Assembly: GCF_009914755.1 (NCBI RefSeq)
Contig: NC_060931.1
Source: the human T2T-CHM13v2.0 reference genome, Homo sapiens
DNA: 64,000 nt
Strand: one strand, 5' to 3'
Part shown: one piece after another, positions 1 to 13,828 of the stretch
Layout of the letters: each line of letters starts with the position of its first letter
Numbering within the stretch: position 1 is the first letter of the stretch
Notes under the pieces: model-generated
The model's database searches: none
Told to the model about the DNA's origin: nothing
The model's input: only the letters and a program-made list of their open reading frames with translations
Program-made: the position numbers and the translations under genes

Positions 1-1256
1 TAAAAATACAGCATCACTCTATTACCTCACTGTATAGTTCAGTATGATATTAGAAATGTAAGTGGCTACAATTCAATAGAATCTATATTTAAACTCAAAG
101 CATCTTTTCATATGATGTCAGAAATTGAATGTGGACTAGTAATACTTCCAAGTATGACACATCTTAGTTGAAACATATTACCTGTTTTTGTCACAGTTTA
201 AGACAGATGCTTTAATGATGCAGGCAGACAGTTTCACTGAAATCTCATCAAGATGTTACTAAAAATGTCTTTGGTCTTTATACTGAAATTAAACTCTAGA
301 GAAAATTAGAATATTTTCTTACATACTTCTAGACAATAAGGCTTAGAAACTGAATTGGGTCCATAGCATTTAAGTAGAACTAGAATTTAAGATAATTTTT
401 CAAGGAATAGTCTTACCTCCATTTCTAAGGAAGAACTCATATATAGAAATATTTAGATGGAAATATATAGATAGAAATATTACAGAAAAATTTTTAGTCT
501 GGAGTGGAGGGGCCCTGTGTCGGACCACCACACTCTTCTACACAACACTCACTGTCAAAGCTGGGAACTAGGTTTCCTAGAATCCTCTTAAGTATGTGGT
601 GCTGGTTTAAGGTTTGCCAATGAGAGGAGCTTAGGTGAGATTTAGAAGCCATTACTCTTGGCAACCAAGACATGGCAGTCATGCCACTCTCCAGCTAACT
701 CCTTTTTGAAACTAGAGGATGAATGTAATGACTTCTTAGTCTTCTCCACAAGCTCTGCCTTCTCTACCTGCTCCTGTTTGAAGCCATTAGCAACTGTCTC
801 TCCATGCCTTTGGCTAAGGTACCCCAGACCTTCCCTCTAACATGTCCTTCTACATTTGTTTAAGCTCAAATTTCTTGATTAAATTCTTCCCTGAAAAATT
901 GTAGTGGCTCTATTTCCTTGAATACACCAGGATTAATAAAATTTTTGGTACCGTAAGTGCTTTGGTGAGTACAGACTTAGGTTGTGAAATTAGAATTGAT
1001 CATCTGATCTGATTAGATTTAAAGGGATAAATAATCTAATTGTCTGATAATTAGGATACAATGAAGGCCAATATCTTAAAAATATGTACACTTGACAAGC
1101 TAGAAAATCTTTGGTGTTCAAAGTTTAAGAAGGTAGGAAAGCTTGAGTGGATTTATTTTATATAACCTTTTCTCTTATTCCTAACCAGTTCCCCTGAGAT
1201 AATCCAGAGGACAACCTCTTCAGCACAGCCTTGTGAGATATATTAGCGAGTGAGTT

Positions 1257-1694
1257 TGTTTCTTAGTTTTACCTTAATAAGTTACCATAAAGTTGGTGGC
1301 TTAAATAACAGAAATTTATTTCTCACAATTCTAGAGGCTAGAAACCCCCAAATCAAGCCAATCGTAGCACCGTGCTCCCTCCGAAGGCTCTAAGGAATAA
1401 TTTTTTCTTTCCTCTTCTTTCTGCTGTTTGCTGTCAATCCTTGGCATTCCTTGATTTTTGGCATTGTAACTCCAATCTCTGCCTCCGTCTTACATGGCTC
1501 TTTTCTCTGCATGTCTCCTCTGTGTCATTTTTTCCCTAAATCTCTCTCCTCTAAGTACCCCAGTCGTTGAATTTAAGGCCCTCTCTAATCCACTATGACC
1601 TCAACTTAACTCAATAATGTCTACAAAGTCTATATTTCCAAATAATGCCACATTTACAGCTCTTCAACATATTTTTTGGAATTCAACCCGCACA
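1257..1694 (-). mobile_element. MLT1 (MaLR) LTR
   Basis: 'ggtggcttaaataacagaaatttatttctcacaattctagaggctagaa' ... 'ctaatccactatgacctca' ... 'attcaacccgcaca'. Confidence 0.75.
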
Positions 1695-1967
1695 ATGAGG
1701 GAAGCAATAGCACTTTCAAAAGGCATGGTAGTGTTTTTTCTCTGCAAGCAAAGCATAGTAGTGGGAAATGGTGCTATTAAAATGGGATTATTAAATATAA
1801 TGAAACGATGGAATTTTATAATGGTGGGACCATGCAGTGCCACTTAATCACTATAGACAGCCTACGTAGAGTAAGCCTAATCCGTAGCAGGACCAGAGCA
1901 GTACCAAGAATGGTTTGACCTACAAAGATCTTGAACAATCTTTTGCTAGCATATCATGAAATTCTCA

Positions 1968-2122
1968 GGATTGCCTTGCTGCCCCTTCACCTTCTGCCTT
2001 GATTGTAAGTTTCCTGAGGCCTTCTCAGCCATGTGGAATTGTGAGTCAATTCAATCTCTTTTCTTTATAAATTACCCAGTCTCAGGCAGTTCTTTATAGC
2101 ACTATGAAAATGGACTAATACA
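1968..2122 (+). mobile_element. THE1/MST LTR, 3' part
   Basis: 'gattgtaagtttcctgaggcc...gtgagtcaatt...attacccagtctcagg...aaatggactaataca'. Confidence 0.8.
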
Positions 2123-2416
2123 GTAGCCTTCTTAAGGATTTATATAAACGAGGTTTTATATTACTCATGGCCCCACATGTAATTCCCAAAATTGAGTCAA
2201 TTCACAGGCCCAGGAATCTTTAAGAGAAAGAAAGTTTAGGCCCTTAATGAAGGACTCTTTTACTGTGCCAACAATTTATTCTGCCAATTGCTTTTCTAAC
2301 TCTCTCTAAATGCACTATGGTGGCATTTTTTTTTTGGTGATTGCGTATTGAAGAAACAATGATATTCAGTAGTTGAGGGTTTTATTGGATAACAGTTACA
2401 TACTAATGCTGATTTT

Positions 2417-2476
2417 TGTGATATGATATGATACCATACCATACCATACCATACCATACCATACCATACCATACCA
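2417..2476. repeat. (ATATG)n/(ATACC)n pentanucleotide microsatellite
   Basis: About 9 copies of ataccatacc seen directly. Confidence 0.95.
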
Positions 2477-2760
2477 CTGCCCACCAGACTGAGTCAGGCA
2501 ATTGTGTACTCATAAACTGACTCCCTTACCCCCACCTCACTCAAAAACCCCCCACAAAACCCAAAAACATTACTGATTTGTAATGTTTTCCATCATAGTT
2601 CAAAACTATGAAAGCTGAGATGTCTACAATGTCAATTTTGGCTCCTGATACCAATGAACTACTCTGCAAATAGCAGGGATACTGCACTGACTGTAGAATC
2701 TGATGGCACTTTACATATTATATGTAAAGTAAATATGGTTAAAATGGTGATTATGGATGC

Positions 2761-2881
2761 CAAGTTGATAAAGGCACTTGGAGATATATATATATATATA
2801 TATATTTGATTAGGCACTTGGATATATGTATATATCCAAGCTGATAAAGGCACTTGGATGGATATATATATATATATATAT
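2761..2881. repeat. Short tandem array: three copies of 'gataaaggcacttgga' each followed by (TA)n
   Basis: Units start near 2761, 2806 and 2837. Confidence 0.85.
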
Positions 2882-3448
2882 TTACCACCACTCCCTATGA
2901 AGGCTGGAAAATATATGCCCAGAATCCCTTTCTTTGTACGGTTTTGGGTTTGACGTTGCCAATAAGAGGAAATTCTGTAAAGGTGTATATGAAGTAGAAG
3001 CTATTATTCTCAGAAGGTTATGAAAGTCATGAACAGCCGTTCTGTAGACCTTCCATAAGTTCTCATTTTGCAGTCATGGTGGACATACTTGACAGTTTGG
3101 AGATGTTTCCATTAGCTCTCATTTTGTAGTTTTAATGAAACAGAGTAGAGGCATCTCAGACTTCTCCATCAGTCTTGGCTTCTACAGTCACTCCCATGAA
3201 TTTTTCTCCTATTTTCCAGCTACAGCCTTCCGGAAAATTCATATCAACCCTTTCACATTTATTTAAGCTCTAATTTTTAATTAATTCCCTGATTCTGCTA
3301 AAATCTGTAGTGGTTCTGTATTGCTCAACAAAACCAAATTGACAAAGGCTTTGAACTCTGCTCTTTGAGGAGTTAAAAGCAAAATAGCACTACTTGAAAG
3401 AAATTAAAGGAGTCATGAAATCATATTTAATTTAAAAATAGTGACTAG

Positions 3449-3880
3449 TGTAGTGGATTAAATACTGCCCCCTCCCAAAATTCATATCCATCTGGAACCA
3501 CAGCATATGATCTTATTTGGATATAGTGTCTTTGCATATGTTAATAGTTAAGGATCTCAAGATAAAATCGACCTAGGTTTATGGTGACTGGTGTTCTTAA
3601 AAGAAAAGGAGAGGGCACAGAGGCTCACAAAGAAAAGATGATTTGAAGATGATTGAAGTAATGCAGCTGCAAACTCAGGGACACTAAGGATTGCTGAGAG
3701 CCAACAGCAGTAGAAAAAAGCAAGGCAAGATACATCCTTAGAGCTTTTTGAGGGACCTTGGCACTGCTGATACCTTGATTTCAGGGTTTTAGTCTTCAGA
3801 ACTGTGAGCAAATACATGTCTGTTATGTTAAGGCACCAGATTTATGGTAATTTGTTACAGCAATCCTAGGAAATAGTGCA
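3449..3880 (+). mobile_element. MLT1C-like MaLR LTR
   Basis: 'tgtagtggattaaat...cttatttgg...gtctttgca' ... 'cagaactgtgag...tttgttacagcaatcctaggaaa'. Confidence 0.75.
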
Positions 3881-4144
3881 GCCATTTTGAAACAAAGCTT
3901 GTCAGAAAGAATTTCATACCAATACATGTTTTCCTCTTCCTATCCCTCGTGCATCATACAACACAGAGTATGGAATAAATATTTGATAATGTGAATTCTA
4001 GAACTCTCATATTGTGAAAATAATACAAAGTTTATCATGTCTTCAAGATGTGTTATACAAAGGATTTTGAAAATGAAAGCAATCTTTTCATATCACATTG
4101 CCCTAATGTATAATACACCACAGATCCAAGTATGTCCACTAAAA

Positions 4145-4338
4145 CAGGAATTGGTAAAGTACAACCTGGGGGGAAAATTGAACCACCTGCTATTTTTTAT
4201 TTTTTGTAAATAAAGTTTGTTGGAACACAGGCACACCTACTCTGAAAAAGTTGAATGGCTGTGGAAGAGATGGAATGGCCCACAAAACTGAAAATAATTA
4301 TGATCTTGCTCTTTGTAGAAAGGAAATTTCCAACTCTT
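4145..4338. mobile_element. MER58-like hAT DNA transposon fossil
   Basis: 'ttttgtaaataaagtttgttggaacacag' and 'atggcccacaaaactgaaaata'. Confidence 0.6.
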
Positions 4339-5119
4339 GTATTGAACTATAATTGAATATTAAAAAAAAACATTTCATTATCCATGGTTTGTGTGAAAAT
4401 ACCTGTTAGTGTTTTGACATTATTAAAATCATAGCATGGTTCAATTGTGGGCTTTTTTCATTGTTCAAGAGATTGCAAATTTGTCTTTGGAATTGATTTG
4501 TCATTGTCCCACAATCTTCATCTAATTACTGTAGTTGCAGATAAATGTTTGTTGAATTCAGTTTGTTCATTTAATCAGAAATGTGTCAGCTGTAATATAT
4601 GGTTGAAATGTTAGTATTAATTATATACTGAAGTGTTAATTATAGGTTTGCAATTGTACCATTAACACTAGGATAAGCATATTAATTACAGACATTCTTG
4701 ATGAATCTGTTGACAGATATGTGCAGATAGAAGCTGTTAAGTCAAGATAGGTCTTGTTGACATTAGTGCAAGGAAAATCAAAGATGCTTGCTTATTTATC
4801 AGTAGGGATTCAGGGCTGAGACCTGCTGGGGGAGTGGAAGAAAGCTCATCAACAGACAGCTGGGATCTTTCCTTGAAACAGAAACAAAATTAACCACCAC
4901 ACAAAGCAAGATATCCAAGGGGCAGAATTGTGACAAGAATTAGGGTGAGACACTACAAATAAGAAAAGTTTTTAATAAGAAAACAGATAAAATGAAATTA
5001 AAAGCTCTAGATGAAGAGGAAAAAATTGAGTCAAGCATAGGCTGACTCTACCTGTACCATGTTTCCACCCTAAAACAAACATACTGAACATTATAATGAC
5101 CTTTCTTTATCTGTTTGTT

Positions 5120-5343
5120 GTTGTTGTTTGGTTGGTTGGTTGGTTGAACAAGGTCTCACTGTAGTGCCTAGGCTGGAGTGTAGTGGTGTGAACTTTGTTC
5201 ACTGAAGCCTTGACCTCCTGGGTTCAAGTGATCTTCCCACTTCAGCCTCCCAAGCAGCTGGGACTACAGGTGTTTGCCACCACATCCAGCTAATTTTTTT
5301 TGTATTTTTTTTCTTAGAGATGGAGTCTCACAATGTTGCCCAT
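5120..5343 (-). mobile_element. Old Alu (AluJ-like), 5'-truncated
   Basis: 'ggctggagtgtagtgg...cctcctgggttcaagtgatcttcccacttcagcctccc'. Confidence 0.9.
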
Positions 5344-6084
5344 ACTGCTGGTTTCTGTTTGTTTGTTCGCTGGTTTGGTTTTTGTTTGTTGTAATACAAG
5401 GTTACTGGTCCTAAGACTCTAAAAGTGGGATTTAGGATTTGTATTATATGAAACACCCAGTCATTTTGATAATCATGCAGGTTTGAGATTTACTAGAATA
5501 TACTTACTCTAAACTAAGGCAGGAAAGAGTTAAAATTCCATCACAAATATTTGGGGTTTGATATCAGGCCTCTCTTATTCTGAGTCTGACATTCTCATGA
5601 GCATCTCAATTCTGACAATTCTTATTTAATATTCCCCTTGGACTGGATTCTTGTTTTAGTAATCCTTCTGATTGTTCCATCTGTGATTCCTTGCTTGGTA
5701 TTTGTCTTTTCTCTTTTTGCCTTATAAACTTTCAAAATTTCTAGACCTCTGTATGGCAGCAGAGATACTGCTGGCTGCAGATACATTTCTCTGATGCAGG
5801 TTGCTGGCATGGGTTTCCATGTAAATCCTGTTTTGGGTTTGTCCTTTTGTCACTCTAATGCTCCTTTTTGCTTTTTCTTCTTGTTTGCCATGCCCTACAT
5901 ATTATGTTTTTTACAAATGGCTCACTCCTTCAAAACTCCCCACAGATAATTCTGGGTTCTTTGGAGACTAAATACATAGAATCTCCTATTGAAACTGACA
6001 AACCCAGCCCTTTTTTCCTTTTTCTATAATTGTTGATTCAAAGTTTTTTAATATATACCTTGAATTCTTCAACTGAAAAAAATC

Positions 6085-6379
<295 letters not shown>

Positions 6380-6786
6380 TTATATGAAAACTACTGATTA
6401 ATGTAATTGTAAGTATAGCATATTTGTGGTATATATGATTTTACAAAGAGACTGCACATATATACAATCTAGGGAGTCTGGACATATGCATATACCCATG
6501 ATACTATTGCCAAAATCAAGATAAAAAATGTATATATCACCTTCAAAAGTTTCCTTATGTCCCTTTGTGTTTTTGTGGGGGTGGTGGTGTGTGTTAAGAA
6601 TACTCAATATGAGATCTACCCTCTTAACAAATTACGTTTTAAGTTTTATTTTATTTATAACTGACACATAATATTATAATTGTACATATTTGTGGGCTAC
6701 AGTGTGATGTTTCAATGCATGTGTACATTGTATAATGATCAAATCAGGGTAGTTGGGTATCTATCACTTCAAACATTTATTATTTC

Positions 6787-7220
<434 letters not shown>

Positions 7221-7502
7221 CTATCTAATTGTAACTTTGTACTTGTTGACCAACCTCTTCCCATCTCTTCTTCCACATGCTCTCCCACCCTCTGGTAACC
7301 ACTATTCTACTCTCTACTTCTATGAGGTCAACTTTTTTTAGATTCCACGTGAGTGAGATCATGTGGTATTTGTCTTTCTGTGTCCAGTTTATTTCACTTA
7401 ACATAGTACCCTCCGGGTTCATCTATCTTGCCACAAATGATAGGATTTCATTTTGTTTTATGGTTAAATAGTATTTCATTGTATATCTACATATCACACT
7501 TT

Positions 7503-7637
7503 CCATTTATTTATTTATTGTAGAGAAGGGGTCTTGCTATGTTCCCCAGACTGATCTTGAACTTGTGGCCTCAAGAAATCCTCCGACCTCAGCTTCCCAA
7601 AGTGCTGGGATTAGAGGCAATAGCAATTGAGCCCAGC
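7503..7637 (-). mobile_element. Alu monomer (FLAM-like)
   Basis: Left-arm sequence only, with a T-rich tail. Confidence 0.8.
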
Positions 7638-10600
7638 TAATACCACATTTTCTTCTGTTCATCTATCAGTGGGCACTTAGGTTGATTTCATATCTTGGCT
7701 TGGCCTCTTAACAAATTTTTAAAAGTGCACAATACTGTATTGTTAACTGTATGTGCTATGTTATATGGCAGATATCTTGAATTTATTCATCTTGTATAAT
7801 TGGAACTTTATATTCATTGAGAAACAACTTTCCATGTCCCCATCCCACCATACCCTGGCAACTACCATTCTATTCCCTGCTTCTATGAGTTTGACTATTT
7901 TAGATACCTCATTTAAGTGAAATCATGTACTATGCACAGAAAGACACTTCTGTGAGTGGCTTTTTTCACTTAGCATAATGTCTCCCAGGTTCATCTTTAT
8001 TGTTGTATTATAGCAGAATTTTCTTCCTTTTATAGGCTAAATAATATTCCATTGCAGGTACTTGCCATATTTTAAAAATTATTCATCTATTAGTGAACCT
8101 TTGGGTTATTTTTATGTCTTGGATAATGTGAATAATGCTGCAGTGAACACGAGAGTGCAGATATCTATTCAAGACTTTAATTCCTTTGGGTAGATATCCA
8201 TATGTGAGATTACTACATTATATGATTACTGTATTTTTAATCTTTTGAGAAACCTCCTTATGGTTTTCATACTGGCTGCACCTTTTTACATTCCACTACA
8301 AGGGTGGCGTTTCTAGTCTACGAGTGTACAAGGGTTCTAGTTTCTGTATATCCTTGCCAACACTTGTTATCTTTTGGTTGTTATGGAATCCATCCTAATA
8401 GGTGTGAGGTGATATAGAATTGTGGTTTTAATTTGCATTTCTCTCATGATTAGTGATGTTGAGCATCTTTTCATATATATATATATATAGGGTGACCATT
8501 TGTAAGGCTTCTTTGCAAAATCATATATAAAAAAAACTGTAAAATCTCCACTGAAAAACTGTTAGAAATAAGCAACAAATTCAGTGAACTTACAGAATAG
8601 GAAATCAACATGCAAATATTAGTTGTGTTTTTGTATACTGACAGCAAATGATCAAAAAAGGAAATTAAGAAAATAATGTCATTGAATATTGTAAAAGTGT
8701 CCATACTGCCCAAAGTGATCTGCGGATTCCCTGCTATTTCCTTCCAAATCCAATGGCATTTTTTACAGATATAGAAAAAATGATCTATGAATTGAAACCT
8801 ACACACACACACACAATAACCAGAAGAGGTAAAGTGATCTTGAGAGAAAAGAACAAAGCTGGAAGCATCATACTTCCTGATTTCAAAATATATTACAAAG
8901 CTACAGTATCTAAAATATGATGGTACTGGCATAAATACAAACATATAGATCAATTGAACATAATACAAATTCCAAAAATAAACCCATGACTACTCAGTCC
9001 ACTGATCTTCAAAAACGGTGCCAAAAATACACAATGATGAAAGGATAATCTATTTAATAGGTGACATTAGCAAAACTGGATATCCACGTGCAAAATAATG
9101 TAATTGGATCTCTATTTTACACAGACATAGTCAAAAATAATCTCAATAAACCTACAAATAAGACCTGATATTGTAAAACTCCTAGAAGAAAACAGGGGCA
9201 AATGCTCATAACATGGGTCTTGGCAATGATTTTTTGGATATGTCACCAAAAATAAAAGCAACAAAAGCAAAAATAGACAAGTAGAGCTATATACAACTAA
9301 AAAATTTCTGCACAGCATGTAAAATAATAAATAAAGTGAAAAGGCAACTTAAGGAAGGGAAAAAATTTGCAAACCATAAATCTGATAAAGGATTAATAGT
9401 CAAAATATATAAGAAGACCCTACAACTCAATAGCAAAAAACAAATAACATAATTTAAAAAATATACAAAGGACTTCAATAAACATTTACCTGAAGGAGAG
9501 ATGTACCATATATTTTGAGAGAAATTTTAACAAACTAATAAAAGAGGGGTTACTTTTGCCTTATGATGGAAAATTTCACAGAGAAAGTGACATTTGACTT
9601 GGTTCTTACAGAATATCAGCAACATCAAAAATAGTTTGAAGAAAGATCTTTTAAATAGAGTGACAGAAAGACCAATATGAAGAAAATAAAGAGCCACAAA
9701 AGTTCACAGCATGTAATTAAACAAGTCGACAAATAAGATATGTTGAAAGGGAATGAAGTAAAAGTAGGTTGGAACCAGATTAAAAGACATGCAAATATAT
9801 TTAAAAGTATTCAAAGCACAGTGAACAGGCAGCAGCATATTTTGTTTTGGAAAATGACATCCTTTAATTTTAGAAGATGAAAGATACTTTTTAGTATTGC
9901 TATTCTTCAGTTATTTCTCACTCCTTCATCCTGGTTATTGTGTTTATGTTTTCTTAATATTCCACCTTTCCACTTTACTTCACCTAGGTAATTGCTTAAA
10001 GTTCTTTAAATTTATCCACCTCAAACTGGTATTCCACTGGTTGATTTCCAGATTTTGCATTATGCTTAGGACTAGAGTGTTGAGAGTCACATATCTGAAA
10101 TTTCATATCATAATTATTATACTTATTCATCATCTATCAATTGTTCTCTTGCTGGTTTTTTACTGATCACTACGTATCTTGATTTGAGGCAACTCAATCA
10201 GGGACAGCTACCTGCTCAAGAATAGTCTTGGAAGGACAGGAAAGTGTGGCCTATGTGTGGAACTTGGCTATTGCACATCAGAAGCAGTGTTCTCTCATGT
10301 GTTTGCACCCAGTTTACCACATTCTCTCCTCAAACCTAGAAGTATATTTCTCTTCATTTTTTATAGTGAACAGGATTTCCTCTCGTGTCACAAACCTCCG
10401 ATTTAGTTTATCTCTCTCTCTTCAGCTAATTCTGATCAGCAGTAGAACTCCTCCCTGGCCTTTGGAAGCTTCATTTCAAGTATGAGGATACATCCCAGCA
10501 AATGAAGATGATAACACTCAGTACTTTTATTTTAGTTCTGTTTTCACTGTCAAACAGCAAAATGAATATGGACAGATATAGAATGTTGACCACTTTTCTC

Positions 10601-11424
10601 TGACCCCCCCCCAAAGCCTTGTCACTTCATCAGTGCAAGCATTGTTATGCTTTTTCTAGACTGTTGCTTTATCCTAGGAAAAGCTGAAAACTGCTAAGAG
10701 ATGTAGAGAAGAATGTATTAAAGCTTGGGGATGTTCTTCAATTTGATTCAAATTTCAGTGTATTTTCCAAATGATTTCTACGTTTTGTGGTTTGGGATAT
10801 GGTCATTTACAGATTTTGATGATCATATTATTTCCTTATTTCTTATATTTGTTTTGATTTCCTGTTCTAAGCCTTGAAAAGAGAAATAATAAAAACATTT
10901 CTGTTTCACATTTTTTAGTGAAAACTGTAAACTGGGTTTATCATAGCTAATTTTTATAAGTGATTCTCCATATATTAGAATGGGTATTGGAATACTTAGG
11001 TAATAAATAATTCTTACCATTATTAAATTTTGTATACATGCAGCAGAGGTCAAACCTCTGATTTGTCTTTATACTCAAAACACTCAAGCCAATTCAAACT
11101 AAAATTTACAGTGAAGTTCTTTATTTACAAAGCTCTTTATGTTGAGCTTTGGTATATTTTCCAGTATAAGCAAAGCAATTATATTTATGGGAAAAGTCAA
11201 TTATACTGTAACATATGTTTAAGTCAATCTTTCTGTTACCCAAATTAACTATGCTAAAAATATACAAAGTGTTCTTAAGGGGAAACATATAATATGTAAT
11301 TTTTGGAACAATAAATTCTAGAATGTAAATTATGATGTTAAATTTGAATAAACAATGTATCTGAAGTTACATACTCTTTGAAGGTAAGATTATTGTATTT
11401 CAGAAATTAATTTTTTAAATGTGT

Positions 11425-11770
<346 letters not shown>

Positions 11771-11953
11771 TTAGGAGAAATCTATTTAACAGCCCACGTC
11801 TTCATTTCATTTTCTAGAAAACAAATGTGAACAAGATGTTTAAAAGCTTGATTCACTCTAGAGACTTTGTAGAGAGAATGAAGGAATTTCAGAATTTGTA
11901 GGACAATTATTTTTCTTAAATTTTTTTTAATGGTGCTCATTCGCTCATTCTCT

Positions 11954-11956
<3 letters not shown>

Positions 11957-11984
<28 letters not shown>

Positions 11985-13256
11985 GGAGACAGAGTTCTGC
12001 TCTATCTCCTAGGCTGGAGTGCAGTGACACGATCTCGGCTCACTGCAACCTCTGCCTCCCTGATTCAAGCAATTCTCTGCCTCAGCCTCCAGAGTAGCTG
12101 GTGTGTCCAGAATTGGTGCGTTCTTGATCTCACTGACTTCAAGAATGAAGCCGCGGACCTTCGCGGTGAGTGTTACAGTTCTTAAAGATGGTGTGTCCCG
12201 AGTTTGTTCCTTCTGATGTTCTGATGTGTTCGGAGTTTCTTCCTCTCTGGTGGGTTCATGGTCTTGCTGGCTTCAGGAGTGAAGTTGCAGATCTTTGCAG
12301 TGAGTGTTACAGCTCTTAAGGAGGCACATCTGCAGCTGTTCTTTCCTCCCGTCCAGAGTTGTTCATCTCTCTCAGTGGGTTCGTGGTCTTGCTGGCTTCA
12401 GGAGTGAAGCTGCAGACCTTCCCGGTGAGTGTTACAGCTCATAAAGGCTGCCCAGACCCAAAGAGTGAACAGCAGCAAGATTTATTGCAAAGTGTGAAAG
12501 AACAAGGATTCCACAGCATGGAAGGGGACCCGAGCGGATTGCTGCTGCTGGCTCGTGTGTCCTACTTTTATTCCCTTATCCTTCCCCATCCACATGCTGT
12601 TGATTGGTCCATTTTGCAGACAGCTGATTGGTCCGTTTTCAAACTTTTAGCTAGATACAGAGTGCTGATTGGTACATTTACAATCCTTTAGCTAGACAGA
12701 AAGTTCTCCAAGTCCCCACTAGATTAGCTAGACACAGAGCACTCACTGGTGCATTTACAATCTTTCAACTAGACAGAAAAGTTCTCCAAGTCCCCACCCA
12801 TCCCAGAAGCCGAGCTGGCTTCACCTCTCACTGGCACCCCTTGCGGGACTTTGCGGCACCCAGCCTGGGCACTCTGGCAGCCCAGAGGGAGCTGGCTCCT
12901 GCTGTTGCCTCTCCCTCCACACCTCCCCGTGAGCAGAAGGAGCCAGGCTCTGGCCTTGGCCAGCCCCAGTGAGGGGGCTCACAGCGCAGCAGCAGGCTGA
13001 AGGGCTCCTCAAGCGCGGCCAGAGCGGATGCCAAGGCCGAGGAAGTGCCAAGAACGAGCGGGGGCTGCTAGCATGTTGTCACCTCTCACTGGGACTACAG
13101 GCGCGCACCACCACACCCGGCTAATTTTTTGTAGTTTTAGTAGAGATGGGGTTTCACCATCTTTGCCAGGCTGATCTTGAACTCCTCACCTCGTGATCCA
13201 CCTGCCTCGGCCTCCCAAAGTGCTGGGATAACAGGCGTGAGCCACCACGCCCAGCC
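11957..13256 (-). mobile_element. AluS split by LTR12 (11957-12101 and 13089-13256)
   Basis: Alu 'gtagctgg|gactacagg' is interrupted, and the two halves rejoin in register. Confidence 0.93.
12102..13088 (-). mobile_element. Solo LTR12 (ERV9 LTR)
   Basis: Termini TGTGTCCAGAATT...TCACCTCTCA (reverse complement of TGAGAGGTGA...GACACA); 4-bp TSD 'ctgg' at 12098-12101 and 13089-13092; U3 CCAAT repeats and U5 repeats. Confidence 0.95.
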
Positions 13257-13828
13257 TGTCTTTTAATTTATTATATTGGACCTAAAATCTTGAAGGGCAC
13301 ATACTGAAAAAAATCAAAATCAAATAACTGCACAACGTTACAGATATGACACTGTTCAAAACTAACAGATTTTATAATTACCTGATTGGGAATTTAACTG
13401 AAATTCAGATGAAATTACTTTTATGTATTTATAAAACTGACCAGAAATGGTCAGGTATTGGAAATTTCCTATTTTCAAGCTAATATTCCTAGAGAAGACA
13501 TATTTTTTTTCCTCTTTCTCACACACATACACACGCAGGCTTACATACACATTACACAAAATAAAAAAATACCTATCATCTGATCACCTGAAAATAGGTA
13601 TCGTTTTATTAAAGTGCATTTCCTTCTAGTCAGATATGATATATTCTGTATTTGCTTACTATCTATTACATTGGGATAATATTTTATGTAGTTATATATA
13701 CTAATTTTTATAATTATGTCATGGACCTTTTCCCATGTCATTTAACATTCTTGAAATATGACAAATCTTTTTTTATTATATTTAGTAAAATAAATCATGG
13801 TAACTTTTAGTTGACTTTTTGGCTTAAA

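Larger units (their letters stand above)
495..3345 (+). mobile_element. Highly diverged ERVL-class (LTR33/LTR16-like) remnant: two LTR-like segments (~495-935, ~2885-3345) around gag-like internal fragments, interrupted by MaLRs
   Basis: Both segments share 'gctggga/gctggaaa...cc(t)agaatcc...ttgccaat(g/a)agagga...tgtagtgg(c/t)tct'. 'ttttggtacc' follows the first LTR. 'ccagaggacaacctcttcagcacagccttg' resembles ERVL gag. Family is from memory. Confidence 0.4.

Noticed and set aside
12102-13088. Idea that the solo LTR12 is the displaced 5' LTR of the 22691-29050 provirus
   Set aside because: It has its own perfect TSD inside an Alu, the opposite orientation, and a different structure (extra 5' module).
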